From NCBI GenBank assembly GCA_964630905.1, contig CAZVWR010000002.1, forward strand, positions 23,531 through 87,530: DNA of 64,000 nt, written 5' to 3'. This stretch comes from an uncultured Spirochaetales bacterium (GTDB lineage: Bacteria > UBP6 > UBA1177). The notes under the pieces were generated by a model. The model was not told where the DNA came from, did no database searches, and saw nothing but the letters and a program-made list of their open reading frames with translations. A program made the position numbers and the translations under genes. This document shows positions 1 through 9,429 of the stretch, one piece after another; the first letter of the stretch is position 1, and every line of letters begins with the position of its first letter.

Positions 1-5
1 GAGCT

Positions 6-1727
6 ATGAATACAATGACTGTTAATGGAAAAGAGGTTCCTTTCAACGGGAACGAAACGATACTGACCGCACTTAAAAGAGAAGGAATAAAGATACCGAC
101 GCTCTGCCACATTGAAGGGCTTCCCCCTACCGGTGCGTGCAGAATATGTGTCGTGGAAGATGCAAAGACCGGAGTGCTTATCCCTTCATGCAGCTTTCCG
201 GCAACTGATAAGATGTCAATACTTACACACAGTCCTAAAGTAATAAAGGCAAGAAAAACCATTGTGGAACTGCTTCTTGCAAACCATCCTGATGACTGTC
301 TCTACTGCGACAGAAACCTCAACTGCGCATTGCAGACTCTGGCAGAAGAACACGGTGTCCGTCAGAGAAAGATCAGTGCTGAAAAGATAAAACAGTTCGT
401 TGACAACTCAAGTCCTTCAATAATGCGTGATCCTGAAAAATGTATCTTGTGTGGAAAATGTGTAAGAACCTGTGAAGAGATCCAGGGCGTTTCGGCACTT
501 GATTTCAGCGGAAGAGGGTCAAAAAGCAGAATCTCCACAGCTTTCAATGTATCACTCAATCTTTCGACCTGTGTTGCCTGCGGACAGTGTGTCAATGCAT
601 GCCCGACAGGGGCGCTTGTTGAAAGATCAAGTATCAGGGAGGTCGTCAACGCACTTCAGGATCCGGAAAAGACAGTTGTTATCCAGCATGCTCCGGCAGT
701 CAGTATTTCGCTTGCGGAGGAACTCGGTCTTGAACCGGGTACTGATATTATCGGAGTTATGACAGCGGCACTCAAGCAGATAGGATTCAATTATGTTTTT
801 GACACTTCTTTCTCAGCCGACCTTACCATAATGGAAGAGGCAAGCGAACTTGTTCAAAGAGTTACACAAAACGGTGTGCTTCCAATGATAACATCGTGTT
901 CTCCGGCGTGGATAAAATTTGCTGAAACATTCTATCCAGACCTTATTCCGAATGTATCTTCCTGTAAAAGTCCTCAGCAGATGCTCGGTTCCATGATAAA
1001 GAACTACTGGGCTCCCAAAATGAATATCCCTTCTGAAAAGGTATTTTCGGTCAGTGTCATGCCATGCACCGCAAAGAAATTCGAGATCGAACGGGAAGAG
1101 ATGGTTTCAAAAGGAATATCCGATATTGATGCGGTCCTTACAACAAGAGAGCTTGCCAAACTTATCAGAATGTATTCAATCGACATCAGAAAGGCGGGAT
1201 CTGCTGAGTGTGACCTTCCTTTCGGCGAAAGATCATCAGCAGGAAAGCTTTTCGGAGCAAGCGGAGGAGTAATGGAAGCTGCCATCAGAACAGCTTACTG
1301 GATGATAACAGGAAATGAACTAACAAACCTTGTCATATCAGAGCTTCGTGACAAGGAAAACTACAGAGAGATAACAGTTGACATAAACGGTCTGAAAGTA
1401 AAAGCGGCAGTTGTCAGCGGTCTTGGAAATGCACGGCTTGTGCTTGATAAAATGATGAAAAAAGAATGTGACCTCCACTTCCTTGAGATCATGTCATGCC
1501 CCGGCGGCTGCATTAACGGCGGAGGCCAGCCCAGAGCGATCGATAAAGAAGCAGTTAAAAAGAGAATGGCCGCCCTGTACTCAATTGACAGTTCAGCAGA
1601 AATAAGGGTGAGCCATAAGAACAGTTCAGTAATGGGTCTTTATGAAAATTTCCTTGGAAAACCGGGAAGCCATAAAGCTCATGAACTGCTTCATACAACA
1701 TACCAGAAAAGAACAGATCTAATCTAA
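6..1727 (+). CDS. hydA: [FeFe]-hydrogenase, CpI-like domain order: N-terminal 2Fe-2S ferredoxin, His-ligated 4Fe-4S, 2x 4Fe-4S, then the H-cluster domain
   Basis: Cys patterns HPDDCLYCDRNLNC, CILCGKCVRTC and CVACGQCVNACP. H-cluster motifs are L2 MPCTAKKFE and L3 EIMSCPGGCINGGGQP. L1 reads TSCSPAW rather than the canonical TSCCPxW. Length 573 aa, similar to CpI. Confidence 0.9.
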   Translation: MNTMTVNGKEVPFNGNETILTALKREGIKIPTLCHIEGLPPTGACRICVVEDAKTGVLIPSCSFPATDKMSILTHSPKVIKARKTIVELLLANHPDDCLYCDRNLNCALQTLAEEHGVRQRKISAEKIKQFVDNSSPSIMRDPEKCILCGKCVRTCEEIQGVSALDFSGRGSKSRISTAFNVSLNLSTCVACGQCVNACPTGALVERSSIREVVNALQDPEKTVVIQHAPAVSISLAEELGLEPGTDIIGVMTAALKQIGFNYVFDTSFSADLTIMEEASELVQRVTQNGVLPMITSCSPAWIKFAETFYPDLIPNVSSCKSPQQMLGSMIKNYWAPKMNIPSEKVFSVSVMPCTAKKFEIEREEMVSKGISDIDAVLTTRELAKLIRMYSIDIRKAGSAECDLPFGERSSAGKLFGASGGVMEAAIRTAYWMITGNELTNLVISELRDKENYREITVDINGLKVKAAVVSGLGNARLVLDKMMKKECDLHFLEIMSCPGGCINGGGQPRAIDKEAVKKRMAALYSIDSSAEIRVSHKNSSVMGLYENFLGKPGSHKAHELLHTTYQKRTDLI

Positions 1728-1738
1728 GGGGGAATAAA

Positions 1739-2134
1739 ATGGAAGAACTTCGGAACAGAATAATGCTGGTCGATGACGACCCCGACTTTCTCGAGCCGAT
1801 AAAGATGGTGCTCGAAAGTCACAACTACATTGTGGAAACGGCCAACAGTGAAGAAGGTGCCGTAAAGCTGATGGATGTTTTCAAACCTGACCTTGCAGTG
1901 TTCGATCTTATGATGGACAACTACGATTCAGGATTCATTCTGAGCCACAAGCTTAAAAGCAGATACCCTGACGCTCTCGTGATAATCGCAACAGGTGTCA
2001 CAAAAGAGACAGGGTTCAGGTTTTCAGCAGATTCCAAATATGGCGGAAACTGGACAAATGCTGACCTCATAATGGACAAAGGGATCCGTCCCGACCAGAT
2101 ATTAAAGGAAATAAAGAAGCTTTTAAAAGGCTAA
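1739..2134 (+). CDS. Stand-alone receiver (REC) domain protein, CheY-like
   Basis: IMLVDDDPDF...DLAVFDLMMD acidic pocket / phospho-Asp pattern; 131 aa; 11 bp after hydA stop. Confidence 0.8.
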   Translation: MEELRNRIMLVDDDPDFLEPIKMVLESHNYIVETANSEEGAVKLMDVFKPDLAVFDLMMDNYDSGFILSHKLKSRYPDALVIIATGVTKETGFRFSADSKYGGNWTNADLIMDKGIRPDQILKEIKKLLKG

Positions 2135-2142
2135 CGGAGGGG

Positions 2143-3270
2143 ATGATGAATTATCTCAAGCTGCTGATAGTTGACGATGACCAGAGAATGAGGGAAAGCT
2201 GTTCAATGCTTCTTGAAACATTGAAGATAAAACTTCCATGGCTCGAAGATGAATACCGTTTTCAGATAACGGAGACCGGAACAGCTGAGGAAGCAAAGAG
2301 CTTAATTGAATCGCAAAAAACAGATCTTCTCCTTCTTGATCAGCATCTTCCCGGTATTCAGGGAACAGATCTGCTTGAGTATATTTCAAGTCAGGAAATT
2401 GACATACAGACTGTTATGATAACAGGGAACGCAACACTTGATACGGCAGTAAGTGCCGCACGGAACGGTGCAAACGAGATACTGGCAAAACCTTTCACAC
2501 CTGAAGAGCTCAGAACGGCTGTCACAAAAGCGGCGAAGTTCCTCATACTCCAGAGGATCGTTTCTAAACTCGATGAGGAGCGGAAAAAAACAAGGTTTGA
2601 GTTCATAAGAGTTCTTTCGCATGAACTGAAAAGTCCTCTTGCGGCGGTGACAGGATATATGAACATCATAAAGAACAGAACCATCGGCAATGATCTTGAA
2701 ACATACATCCCTTCCATTGAAAGGTCGATTCTGCGGCTTGAAGGGATGAAACGGCTTATTTCCGACATGCTTGATCTGACAAGAATCGAATCCGGTGTCA
2801 AAGTAAGAAACATCTCTGAGCATGTGATCTCTGAAATTGTCGCTGACATGGTTGAAGGGGTCCGGACACAGGCGGCGGAAAGAAAAATATCAATAACAGC
2901 CGAAATTCCCGATTTTAAAATTATTGTTGACAGAGTTGATATTGAAATTATCTTGACAAATCTTTTAACTAATGCTGTAAAATATAATAAGGATGGTGGT
3001 AGTATTAAACTTACTGCTCATAAAATCGGTAGAGCTTTGAAGATTCAATGTTCGGACAGCGGTATAGGAATGACAGAAGAAGAAGTTTCCAGACTTTTTC
3101 AGGAGTTTACGAGAATAAGGAACGAACAGACAAAGAACATTCTCGGAAACGGTCTGGGGTTATCGATACTTAAAAAAGTTGTGTCACTTTACGACGGTGA
3201 AGTAAGCGTGTCATCGAAGTATGGAGAAGGAACCGAATTTACAGTGATTTTGCCGGGTATCATAAACTGA
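2143..3270 (+). CDS. Hybrid receiver + histidine kinase (REC-HisKA-HATPase_c)
   Basis: N-terminal REC (LLIVDDD...LLLLDQHLPG). H-box LSHELKSPLAAV. C-terminal ATPase G-boxes (GLGLSILKK). Confidence 0.85.
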   Translation: MMNYLKLLIVDDDQRMRESCSMLLETLKIKLPWLEDEYRFQITETGTAEEAKSLIESQKTDLLLLDQHLPGIQGTDLLEYISSQEIDIQTVMITGNATLDTAVSAARNGANEILAKPFTPEELRTAVTKAAKFLILQRIVSKLDEERKKTRFEFIRVLSHELKSPLAAVTGYMNIIKNRTIGNDLETYIPSIERSILRLEGMKRLISDMLDLTRIESGVKVRNISEHVISEIVADMVEGVRTQAAERKISITAEIPDFKIIVDRVDIEIILTNLLTNAVKYNKDGGSIKLTAHKIGRALKIQCSDSGIGMTEEEVSRLFQEFTRIRNEQTKNILGNGLGLSILKKVVSLYDGEVSVSSKYGEGTEFTVILPGIIN

Positions 3271-3287
3271 ATTAAAGGGAGATTATC

Positions 3288-3674
3288 ATGACAACTGCAC
3301 CAAAAAAAGTTTTTCTTGTTGACGATGATGCAGACATCATTGCACAGAACAAAATGGTTCTTGAAGCTAAAGGTTTTATTGTTGAAGATGCGGCAAGTGC
3401 AAAAGAAGCAGGGGAAAAGATCGGAAAATTCAGACCTGACATCATCATTCTCGATGTAATGATGGAACATCCCAGAGCAGGACTTGAATTTGCAGGAAAG
3501 ATCGCAACGGAAAAAGGAATGCCGAAGATCCCGATCATTCTTCTTACAAGTGACGGACACAACCCGGCATGGCTGAGCGAACCGAACTTTACATGGGTAA
3601 AAATAGCTCAGGTACTTGATAAACCGGTCACTCCCGAAAAGCTTGTTGAGACAGTCAACAAAATACTCAAGTAA
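3288..3674 (+). CDS. Stand-alone receiver domain protein
   Basis: VFLVDDDADI...DIIILDVMME; 128 aa. Confidence 0.8.
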   Translation: MTTAPKKVFLVDDDADIIAQNKMVLEAKGFIVEDAASAKEAGEKIGKFRPDIIILDVMMEHPRAGLEFAGKIATEKGMPKIPIILLTSDGHNPAWLSEPNFTWVKIAQVLDKPVTPEKLVETVNKILK

Positions 3675-3710
3675 CAAAGATCTGTTCTTTCAGTAATTCA
3701 TAAAAAAGAT

Positions 3711-3790
3711 CAAATTCAATTCTGAAGATCAACTCACCTGAAAACTGGAAAAGGTGGAATTTATTTAGGGTGTTGGGGTGAATTTGAATA
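3711..3790 (+). repeat. Intergenic repeat copy A (core ...tgaaaactggaaaaggtggaatttatttagggtgttgggg)
   Basis: Aligns with copies at 4801, 5411, 6108, 7073 and a partial copy at 10401, all in the same orientation. Confidence 0.8.
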
Positions 3791-3857
3791 AGAAAAACAT
3801 GTGTGGGAATGGGGGCACTTTCGGGTTTCAATCGCTAAGAATTAAGCTTTTGGTTTT

Positions 3858-4694
3858 TTAACCTTCGTCTGATTCGTCCTGATTTGTGGAAGAGAGAAAA
3901 TTCTGAGTCGAAATAATGCTTTTGCCAATCTCTTTTTCTGTTTCTTTTCTCGCTTTTCCGGCTACAGAGCCGCCTCTTTTTGCGACTTTTTTGTTTTTCT
4001 CAAATGTTTCCGGTTTTTCTTTTTTTGATATTTCAGTCGTCACTTTCTCTCCAAGCATGGTGAAGATAAGTTCAAAATCTGTCATATGATCCCGAAGATT
4101 CTGAGTTTTTTTCGTCAATCCTTTTAAATCTTTATATTGAGCAGGTGTCAGCCCGAAAGTCGCTTTTGAGATTTCAGCCGTCAGAATTGCAAAATCATTT
4201 TCTGAATCTATCCCTCTTTCTTTCCATTCATCAGTCAGATTCTGGCGAATTGCGATTCCACGAAGCCGCTTGTCAATCCAGTCTTTGGGATAACCTTTCT
4301 TTTCGTAAAGCTCTTTCATCCTTTCCTGAGCAAGTTCCGGGTTTTCAATTTCCTGAACTCTCTCGTATCCGACTTGAGCGAGCCACTGTTTGAAAGGTTC
4401 AGCTTTCGGTGATGGAATAGACTGAATTATCCTAAACATGTTTTTTGTATTGGCACAATCTGTTTCTCTCATTTTTCCATCAGGTGCCACAAGTTTCAAC
4501 CGTCGACAAATTGTCGACAGTTCAACTTCAGCATCAATAAGCTCTCTTTTTTTCATTTTAAACCAATAATCTCTGGCATTTAAACTGTCTGTCAATATTG
4601 CGATAATATCAACAACAGAAAAATACCATTCCTCATCATGCCAGATCCTTCTAATCTTCTTTCCTTCAAAAACGATCATCTTCTTTTCACTCAT
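3858..4694 (-). CDS. Bro-N domain protein (DinD / phage antirepressor-like)
   Basis: N-terminal RRIWHDEEWYFSVVDIIAIL Bro-N signature; 278 aa. Confidence 0.6.
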   Translation of the reverse strand: MSEKKMIVFEGKKIRRIWHDEEWYFSVVDIIAILTDSLNARDYWFKMKKRELIDAEVELSTICRRLKLVAPDGKMRETDCANTKNMFRIIQSIPSPKAEPFKQWLAQVGYERVQEIENPELAQERMKELYEKKGYPKDWIDKRLRGIAIRQNLTDEWKERGIDSENDFAILTAEISKATFGLTPAQYKDLKGLTKKTQNLRDHMTDFELIFTMLGEKVTTEISKKEKPETFEKNKKVAKRGGSVAGKARKETEKEIGKSIISTQNFLSSTNQDESDEG

Positions 4695-4800
4695 GATTTT
4701 ACCTCAGCAAAGATTATCTTAAATTTGAATTCTAAATAATCTATGAAGAGCATAACATAAATGCTCCCTTTTCTCAAGGATTCTTTTCTTTATTAAAAAG

Positions 4801-4872
4801 AAATTCAGGAAAATTTTCTTACTCGCCAGAAAACTGAAAAAAGTGGAATTTGTTTAGGGGTTTGGGGGTCAT
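4801..4872 (+). repeat. Intergenic repeat copy B
   Basis: aaattcaggaaaattttcttactcgccagaaaactgaaaaaagtggaatttgtttagggg. Confidence 0.85.
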
Positions 4873-4885
4873 TATGGTTCTGAAA

Positions 4886-5101
4886 TCAGACCAGTTTTTT
4901 AAGTTGTTCGAGAGTTATTCCGACTTTTTTGATGATGTTGTTGAGTGTTCCCTTTTTTAGTTCATCGTGAACTGGAACAATGACAGAGATATGGCGGTCA
5001 AGATTGTACATAAAAATGTGGCTGCCACGCTGATGATCAACCACAAAACCGAGCCGCCTTAAAGCTCTAACTACCTCCCGCCCTGAAAATGTTTTGCTCA
5101 T
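4886..5101 (-). CDS. hicA: HicA-family mRNA interferase toxin
   Basis: [33 protein letters not shown]... YcfA/HicA fold; internal Met start, overlapping hicB stop by 4 nt. Confidence 0.75.
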   Translation of the reverse strand: MSKTFSGREVVRALRRLGFVVDHQRGSHIFMYNLDRHISVIVPVHDELKKGTLNNIIKKVGITLEQLKKLV

Positions 5102-5325
5102 AATCTGACCATTAGTTCTCTTACTTTTTTCTTTGTTCCGGTTTTGATCTGATTGAGTTTTTCGAGCCCTTCGAGATAGCACTTAATTGCTTCGGATGCA
5201 TTACGCAAAGCTTCTTCTTCGGTGTCTCCCTGCGTAAAACAACCGTCAAGCGCCGGAACAGTAACATTGAATCCGCCTTCTTCGGCTTTTTCAAGAACAA
5301 CATTAAATTTCATATCACGCCTCAC
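5098..5325 (-). CDS. hicB: HicB-family antitoxin
   Basis: [43 protein letters not shown] (UPF0150/HicB N-terminal domain). Confidence 0.75.
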   Translation of the reverse strand: MRRDMKFNVVLEKAEEGGFNVTVPALDGCFTQGDTEEEALRNASEAIKCYLEGLEKLNQIKTGTKKKVRELMVRL

Positions 5326-5410
5326 TTCAAAATGTTAGCGGTAAATAGTTTACTCGTGGACAGCACCATTGTCAAATCAAAGAGTGCGAGGAAGTGAGTG
5401 GAAGAGCAAG

Positions 5411-5518
5411 AAAACAGATAAGATTTTCTTACTCTCTGGAAAACAAAGGAAAGTGGAGTTGATTTAGGGGGTTGGTGGTTAATTACAGTCACATTTTTAT
5501 ATATAAATATTGCTCCCT
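5411..5518 (+). repeat. Intergenic repeat copy C with 3' extension agtcacatttttatatataaatattgctccct
   Basis: Core and extension both shared with copy E (7073-7178). Confidence 0.85.
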
Positions 5519-6052
5519 GACCCCTATGTTTCCTTTCTCCCTGACCCCTATGTTTCCAATTGCTTCCTGCTCATAAAAATTTCTTGCTTCTTTGTTTGCA
5601 ACCCTCATCAATGCTCGATAATGTGACCATGACAATTTTGAAGAAAACAGTAATCGATCAAATTCGCCACCTGACGGGTAGCTTTTTAAATGCTCTAAAC
5701 CGGATTGGCTACCTGACGGGTAGCTTTTCCTCGGCAACCGGTCTGCGAATGAAATATAAAACTGTCTAAAATTTTTAATGTTTGCAAGAGAAAATCCTTC
5801 GCCATATCTTTTTGTAAGGTTTTCAGAAAGCTCAAACACAACTTTTTTTCCATATTCAGCTCTCTCCTCTCCGCCTTGAATCTCTTCAACTATTTCTCGA
5901 CCGATAAGCCAGTAGGCAGTCACCATGTTGCTGTTGACAGCACGGATAACATTGTTCCTTGCTTCCTCAAGAATCAAGACAACACGATCAAAAATATCGT
6001 TCTTCAAGTTACTGACTTTTTTCATCAAAACCCTCCGACACACAAAATTCAT
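5489..6052 (-). pseudogene. yhcG: YhcG-like (DUF1016 N-terminal domain) gene truncated at the repeat junction; C-terminal PD-(D/E)xK nuclease half missing
   Basis: LSWSHYRALMRV...EARNFYEQEAIGN matches the YhcG N-domain. The reading frame runs into repeat copy C and ends ...GNIGVREKGNIGVREQYLYIKM* across a 21-bp tandem duplication. Confidence 0.6.
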
Positions 6053-6107
6053 CGCTTCTTATATTCAATGTCCAGAGTCAATATATCTAATGCCAGATTA
6101 ATTTACA

Positions 6108-6180
6108 AGAAATTCAGAAAAATTATCTTACTCACCAGAAAACTGGGAAAAGTGGAGTTTATTTATAGGGTTGGTGGACA
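6108..6180 (+). repeat. Intergenic repeat copy D
   Basis: aaattcagaaaaattatcttactcaccagaaaactgggaaaagtggagtttatttatagggttggtgg. Confidence 0.85.
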
Positions 6181-6193
6181 AGGTTACGAATGT

Positions 6194-6568
6194 TTATGAT
6201 GAATACTTTGCCTTTTTTTCTGCAACTATCCAGGACTTTTCTTTGTGTTTGAATTTTTCAGTATTTTTATCAATAGGTATTATCTCAATTTTTATATCGA
6301 AGATATTTTGAAGTTTTGCTATTGTTTTCATATTAAGAAATTTGTCTGACCCGAAAAGCTGAGTCACGAAAGCTTTAGATGTTTCCATTTTTTCTGAAAG
6401 ATCTTTTCTGCTCATTCCTCTCTTATCCATAATATCCTGAATTTTAAAGAGAAACTCCATTTGTATCTTCATTGCATCAAATTCAATCTTCTCATTATTA
6501 TCAATGGGGGTGAGTGCAAACTTGAGAGCTTCCTCGATTTTGAGCTTTTTTCTTTCACTTGAACTCAT
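6194..6568 (-). CDS. HTH (XRE-like) DNA-binding protein, probable antitoxin
   Basis: MSRKDLSEKMETSKAFVTQLF helix-turn-helix; overlaps upstream ORF by 14 nt. Confidence 0.55.
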   Translation of the reverse strand: MSSSERKKLKIEEALKFALTPIDNNEKIEFDAMKIQMEFLFKIQDIMDKRGMSRKDLSEKMETSKAFVTQLFGSDKFLNMKTIAKLQNIFDIKIEIIPIDKNTEKFKHKEKSWIVAEKKAKYSS

Positions 6569-6992
6569 ATTCGTATCCTCCGATCGTTTTATATTTCTGT
6601 GTCAACCTTTTATCATTTCTTGAACTTTGCTTTTTTTCAACTGAAACAACGACAACCTTTTTATCTGAAAAGAAAAATTCTTTGCATATCACTCTTCTTT
6701 TACCGAATTTCATTGCTGTCAAGCTCCATTCTTTATACTCCATTTTATAGTGCATATCATCGTATCTGTTGTTCATTACAACCGTCAATATAGCAAAAAG
6801 TTTTTTTCTGTTTTCCATAAAAAGCTCTGAAATTTCCGCTTCATTTTTCAAATCAACATAAATTTCAACTTTTGGCTTCTCTTTTTCAAAAACTTCAATG
6901 AACTTGTTAATTTCCGCAGTAATGTTGCGGCAACTTCTCTTAATAGTTAACTGATTGGTTAATTTTTTGCAAGTTTTTTCTTCTCTACTCAT
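6555..6992 (-). CDS. Hypothetical protein, possible toxin partner of the downstream HTH (higBA-like gene order)
   Basis: 145 aa; overlaps the HTH gene. The only family resemblance is weak and low-confidence: the C-terminal stretch GKRRVICKEFFFSDKKVVVVSVEKK loosely resembles the RelE/HigB motif. Confidence 0.3.
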   Translation of the reverse strand: MSREEKTCKKLTNQLTIKRSCRNITAEINKFIEVFEKEKPKVEIYVDLKNEAEISELFMENRKKLFAILTVVMNNRYDDMHYKMEYKEWSLTAMKFGKRRVICKEFFFSDKKVVVVSVEKKQSSRNDKRLTQKYKTIGGYEYEFK

Positions 6993-7072
6993 TTAGTTAA
7001 ATCCGTTTATTCAAATCAACAAAATTCTTCTGATTAGAAATTTATATCTATTAGTTATTTATTGCAATAAAA

Positions 7073-7178
7073 CATTCATAATATTTTCTTACTCACCAAA
7101 AAAACTGAAAAAAGTGGAATTTGTTTAGGGTGTTGACGGCAACTAAAGTCACATTTTTATATATAAATATTGCTCCCT
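7073..7178 (+). repeat. Intergenic repeat copy E with the same 3' extension as copy C
   Basis: atattttcttactcaccaaaaaaactgaaaaaagtggaatttgtttagggtgttgacggcaactaaagtcacatttttatatataaatattgctccct. Confidence 0.85.
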
Positions 7179-7221
7179 ATTTTATTCGAAATAGAAGATA
7201 TTGCAGAACTATGCTTTATCC

Positions 7222-7927
<706 letters not shown>

Positions 7928-8048
7928 TGAAAAATCCAAAGCATTTTAACAGATAAAAAATGTAAATACAAAAATTATAAACGATTTGAATTTGAAAAAT
8001 TTTGTATCGCGATGAATTCTCCGCAGGGGCAGAGGACTGAAAACGGAA

Positions 8049-8088
8049 CGGGGAATGCTCCTTGACGGAGCGTTACCCCGTTTTAAGC
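8049..8088 (+). other. GC-rich hairpin (acggggaatgctcc-ttgac-ggagcgttaccccg) followed by tttt, lying in a GC-rich patch of an AT-rich intergenic region
   Basis: Inverted repeat read directly; no upstream + strand gene for it to terminate. Confidence 0.4.
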
Positions 8089-8282
8089 ACAGAGGCGGTG
8101 CCGTCGTGAGACATCAAACAGATCCGAGAACTGACTTGCGTGAAGTGTAATAGCAAACTTGGCAATAATCTTCCGTCTGAAAATTAGAGCTATACGCAGT
8201 ATCCTTGTTTATTTATTTTGCAATTTACAATCTCCTATCGTATATTATTTTGAAATTTGTTAGAATTTTAAAGGGGGATACA

Positions 8283-8711
8283 ATGAAACAAAAAGTTTTA
8301 ATGTTTGTGCTGACATTAGTGTTTGCGGCATCATGTGGCGAAGACAGTGAAAAAGAAAACTACTCTTTAACTGAAACAGGAAAACTCTATTGCGAAAAAT
8401 ATAAAGAGTGTGTGCCTGAAGAATGGGAAGAGACCTTTTCTGACCAGGAAAAAGGGATGGAATACTGTATTAATTCCTTAGAGAAAGAAATAAATTCTGA
8501 AGTTGAGGAAGGAGACATGGTCAACACTTATGAGTGTAGAAAGGGCTTATATGATTATTACAAGTGCCTTTCAATTCTAACCTGTGAAAAATATCTTGAA
8601 GCATCGGAATATACATCTGAAGATGAAACAGGAATGTGCCTTTTTGAGCTCAAAGAATTTGCGAAGCACTGTTCTGCTCCCAGCGATGAAGACGAAGAGT
8701 TCGAAGAATAA
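8283..8711 (+). CDS. Small Cys-rich secreted lipoprotein
   Basis: MKQKVLMFVLTLVFAASCGE lipobox; 8 Cys; acidic C-terminus; SD aagggggat precedes the ATG. Confidence 0.6.
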   Translation: MKQKVLMFVLTLVFAASCGEDSEKENYSLTETGKLYCEKYKECVPEEWEETFSDQEKGMEYCINSLEKEINSEVEEGDMVNTYECRKGLYDYYKCLSILTCEKYLEASEYTSEDETGMCLFELKEFAKHCSAPSDEDEEFEE

Positions 8712-8837
8712 AGATAAAAATCCATCAGTAGTAAATTCACAACACCTTTAAAAGTTGTTTACTTAACACACCGAAACGATAAAGGAGAGGTCTTAAGATT
8801 GGCACTTATAGCGGCCTTGATGAAATCAATATGCCTG

Positions 8838-9344
8838 CTACAAACTTTTCTCAATTTCTTTGATCAGTTCAGGGTGTTTTTCACTTTTAAATATTATTCT
8901 GCCTGTTCTGTCGAGCATGAACATCTGCGGAACCACTGCGGAACCGTTCTTGTCTACTATGCCGAACTTTTTTCCGGTTATGGAATATTTGTCAAAAACG
9001 ACTGGGAACGAAATCTTCTGTTTTTTGAAAAACTCTTTTATTTTCACTAATTCTGCCGATCTGTCTTCTTCAACCGGAATGACTATAACAACAAATTTAA
9101 GTCCTTTCGCTGAATACTTGCGGTATACTTCATCCCATTTTGAAATTGATTTTTTACATGGCTCGCAATGTATTGAAAAAAAATCAGCGACCATGATCTT
9201 TGTATCATCTTTTTCAAGTTCCTTCTGAGATGAGTATAAAACATCATCAAGGGTATAAAGATCGAACTTTTTGACATCTTCATCACCGCTCATCCGGAAA
9301 GACAGAAACACAACTGCTATCATCAGAAAAATCCGTTTTTTCAT
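8838..9344 (-). CDS. Thioredoxin-fold thiol:disulfide oxidoreductase (TlpA/ResA/redoxin family)
   Basis: Signal peptide; FFSIHCEPCKK (CxxC) active site. Confidence 0.75.
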   Translation of the reverse strand: MKKRIFLMIAVVFLSFRMSGDEDVKKFDLYTLDDVLYSSQKELEKDDTKIMVADFFSIHCEPCKKSISKWDEVYRKYSAKGLKFVVIVIPVEEDRSAELVKIKEFFKKQKISFPVVFDKYSITGKKFGIVDKNGSAVVPQMFMLDRTGRIIFKSEKHPELIKEIEKSL

Positions 9345-9429
9345 AATAAGCTCCGTAATTGGATCACTGCAAAAAATCTTGATGCCGATTATACATTAAA
9401 CTTTTTAACCTTGCAAATTTAGAGGGAAT

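Noticed and set aside
362-1285. Small ORFs overlapping or antisense to hydA (362..649-, 472..762+, 1004..1285-, 1054..1272+)
   Set aside because: Embedded in a well-supported hydrogenase reading frame; no independent signals.
2156-3677. Antisense ORFs 2156..2389, 2386..2823, 2391..2849, 3189..3677, 3272..3562
   Set aside because: Shadow ORFs of the kinase/receiver genes; Cys/Arg-rich low-complexity translations.
3711-7178. Canonical integron attC sites
   Set aside because: I could not find R''(RYYYAAC)/R'(GTTRRRY) boxes or the extended imperfect inverted repeat typical of attC. No intI is in the window. Kept as cassette-like only.
8049-8088. Rho-independent terminator of an upstream + strand gene
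   Set aside because: The nearest upstream + strand gene ends at 3674, so it cannot be a conventional 3' terminator. Reported as a structured element instead.
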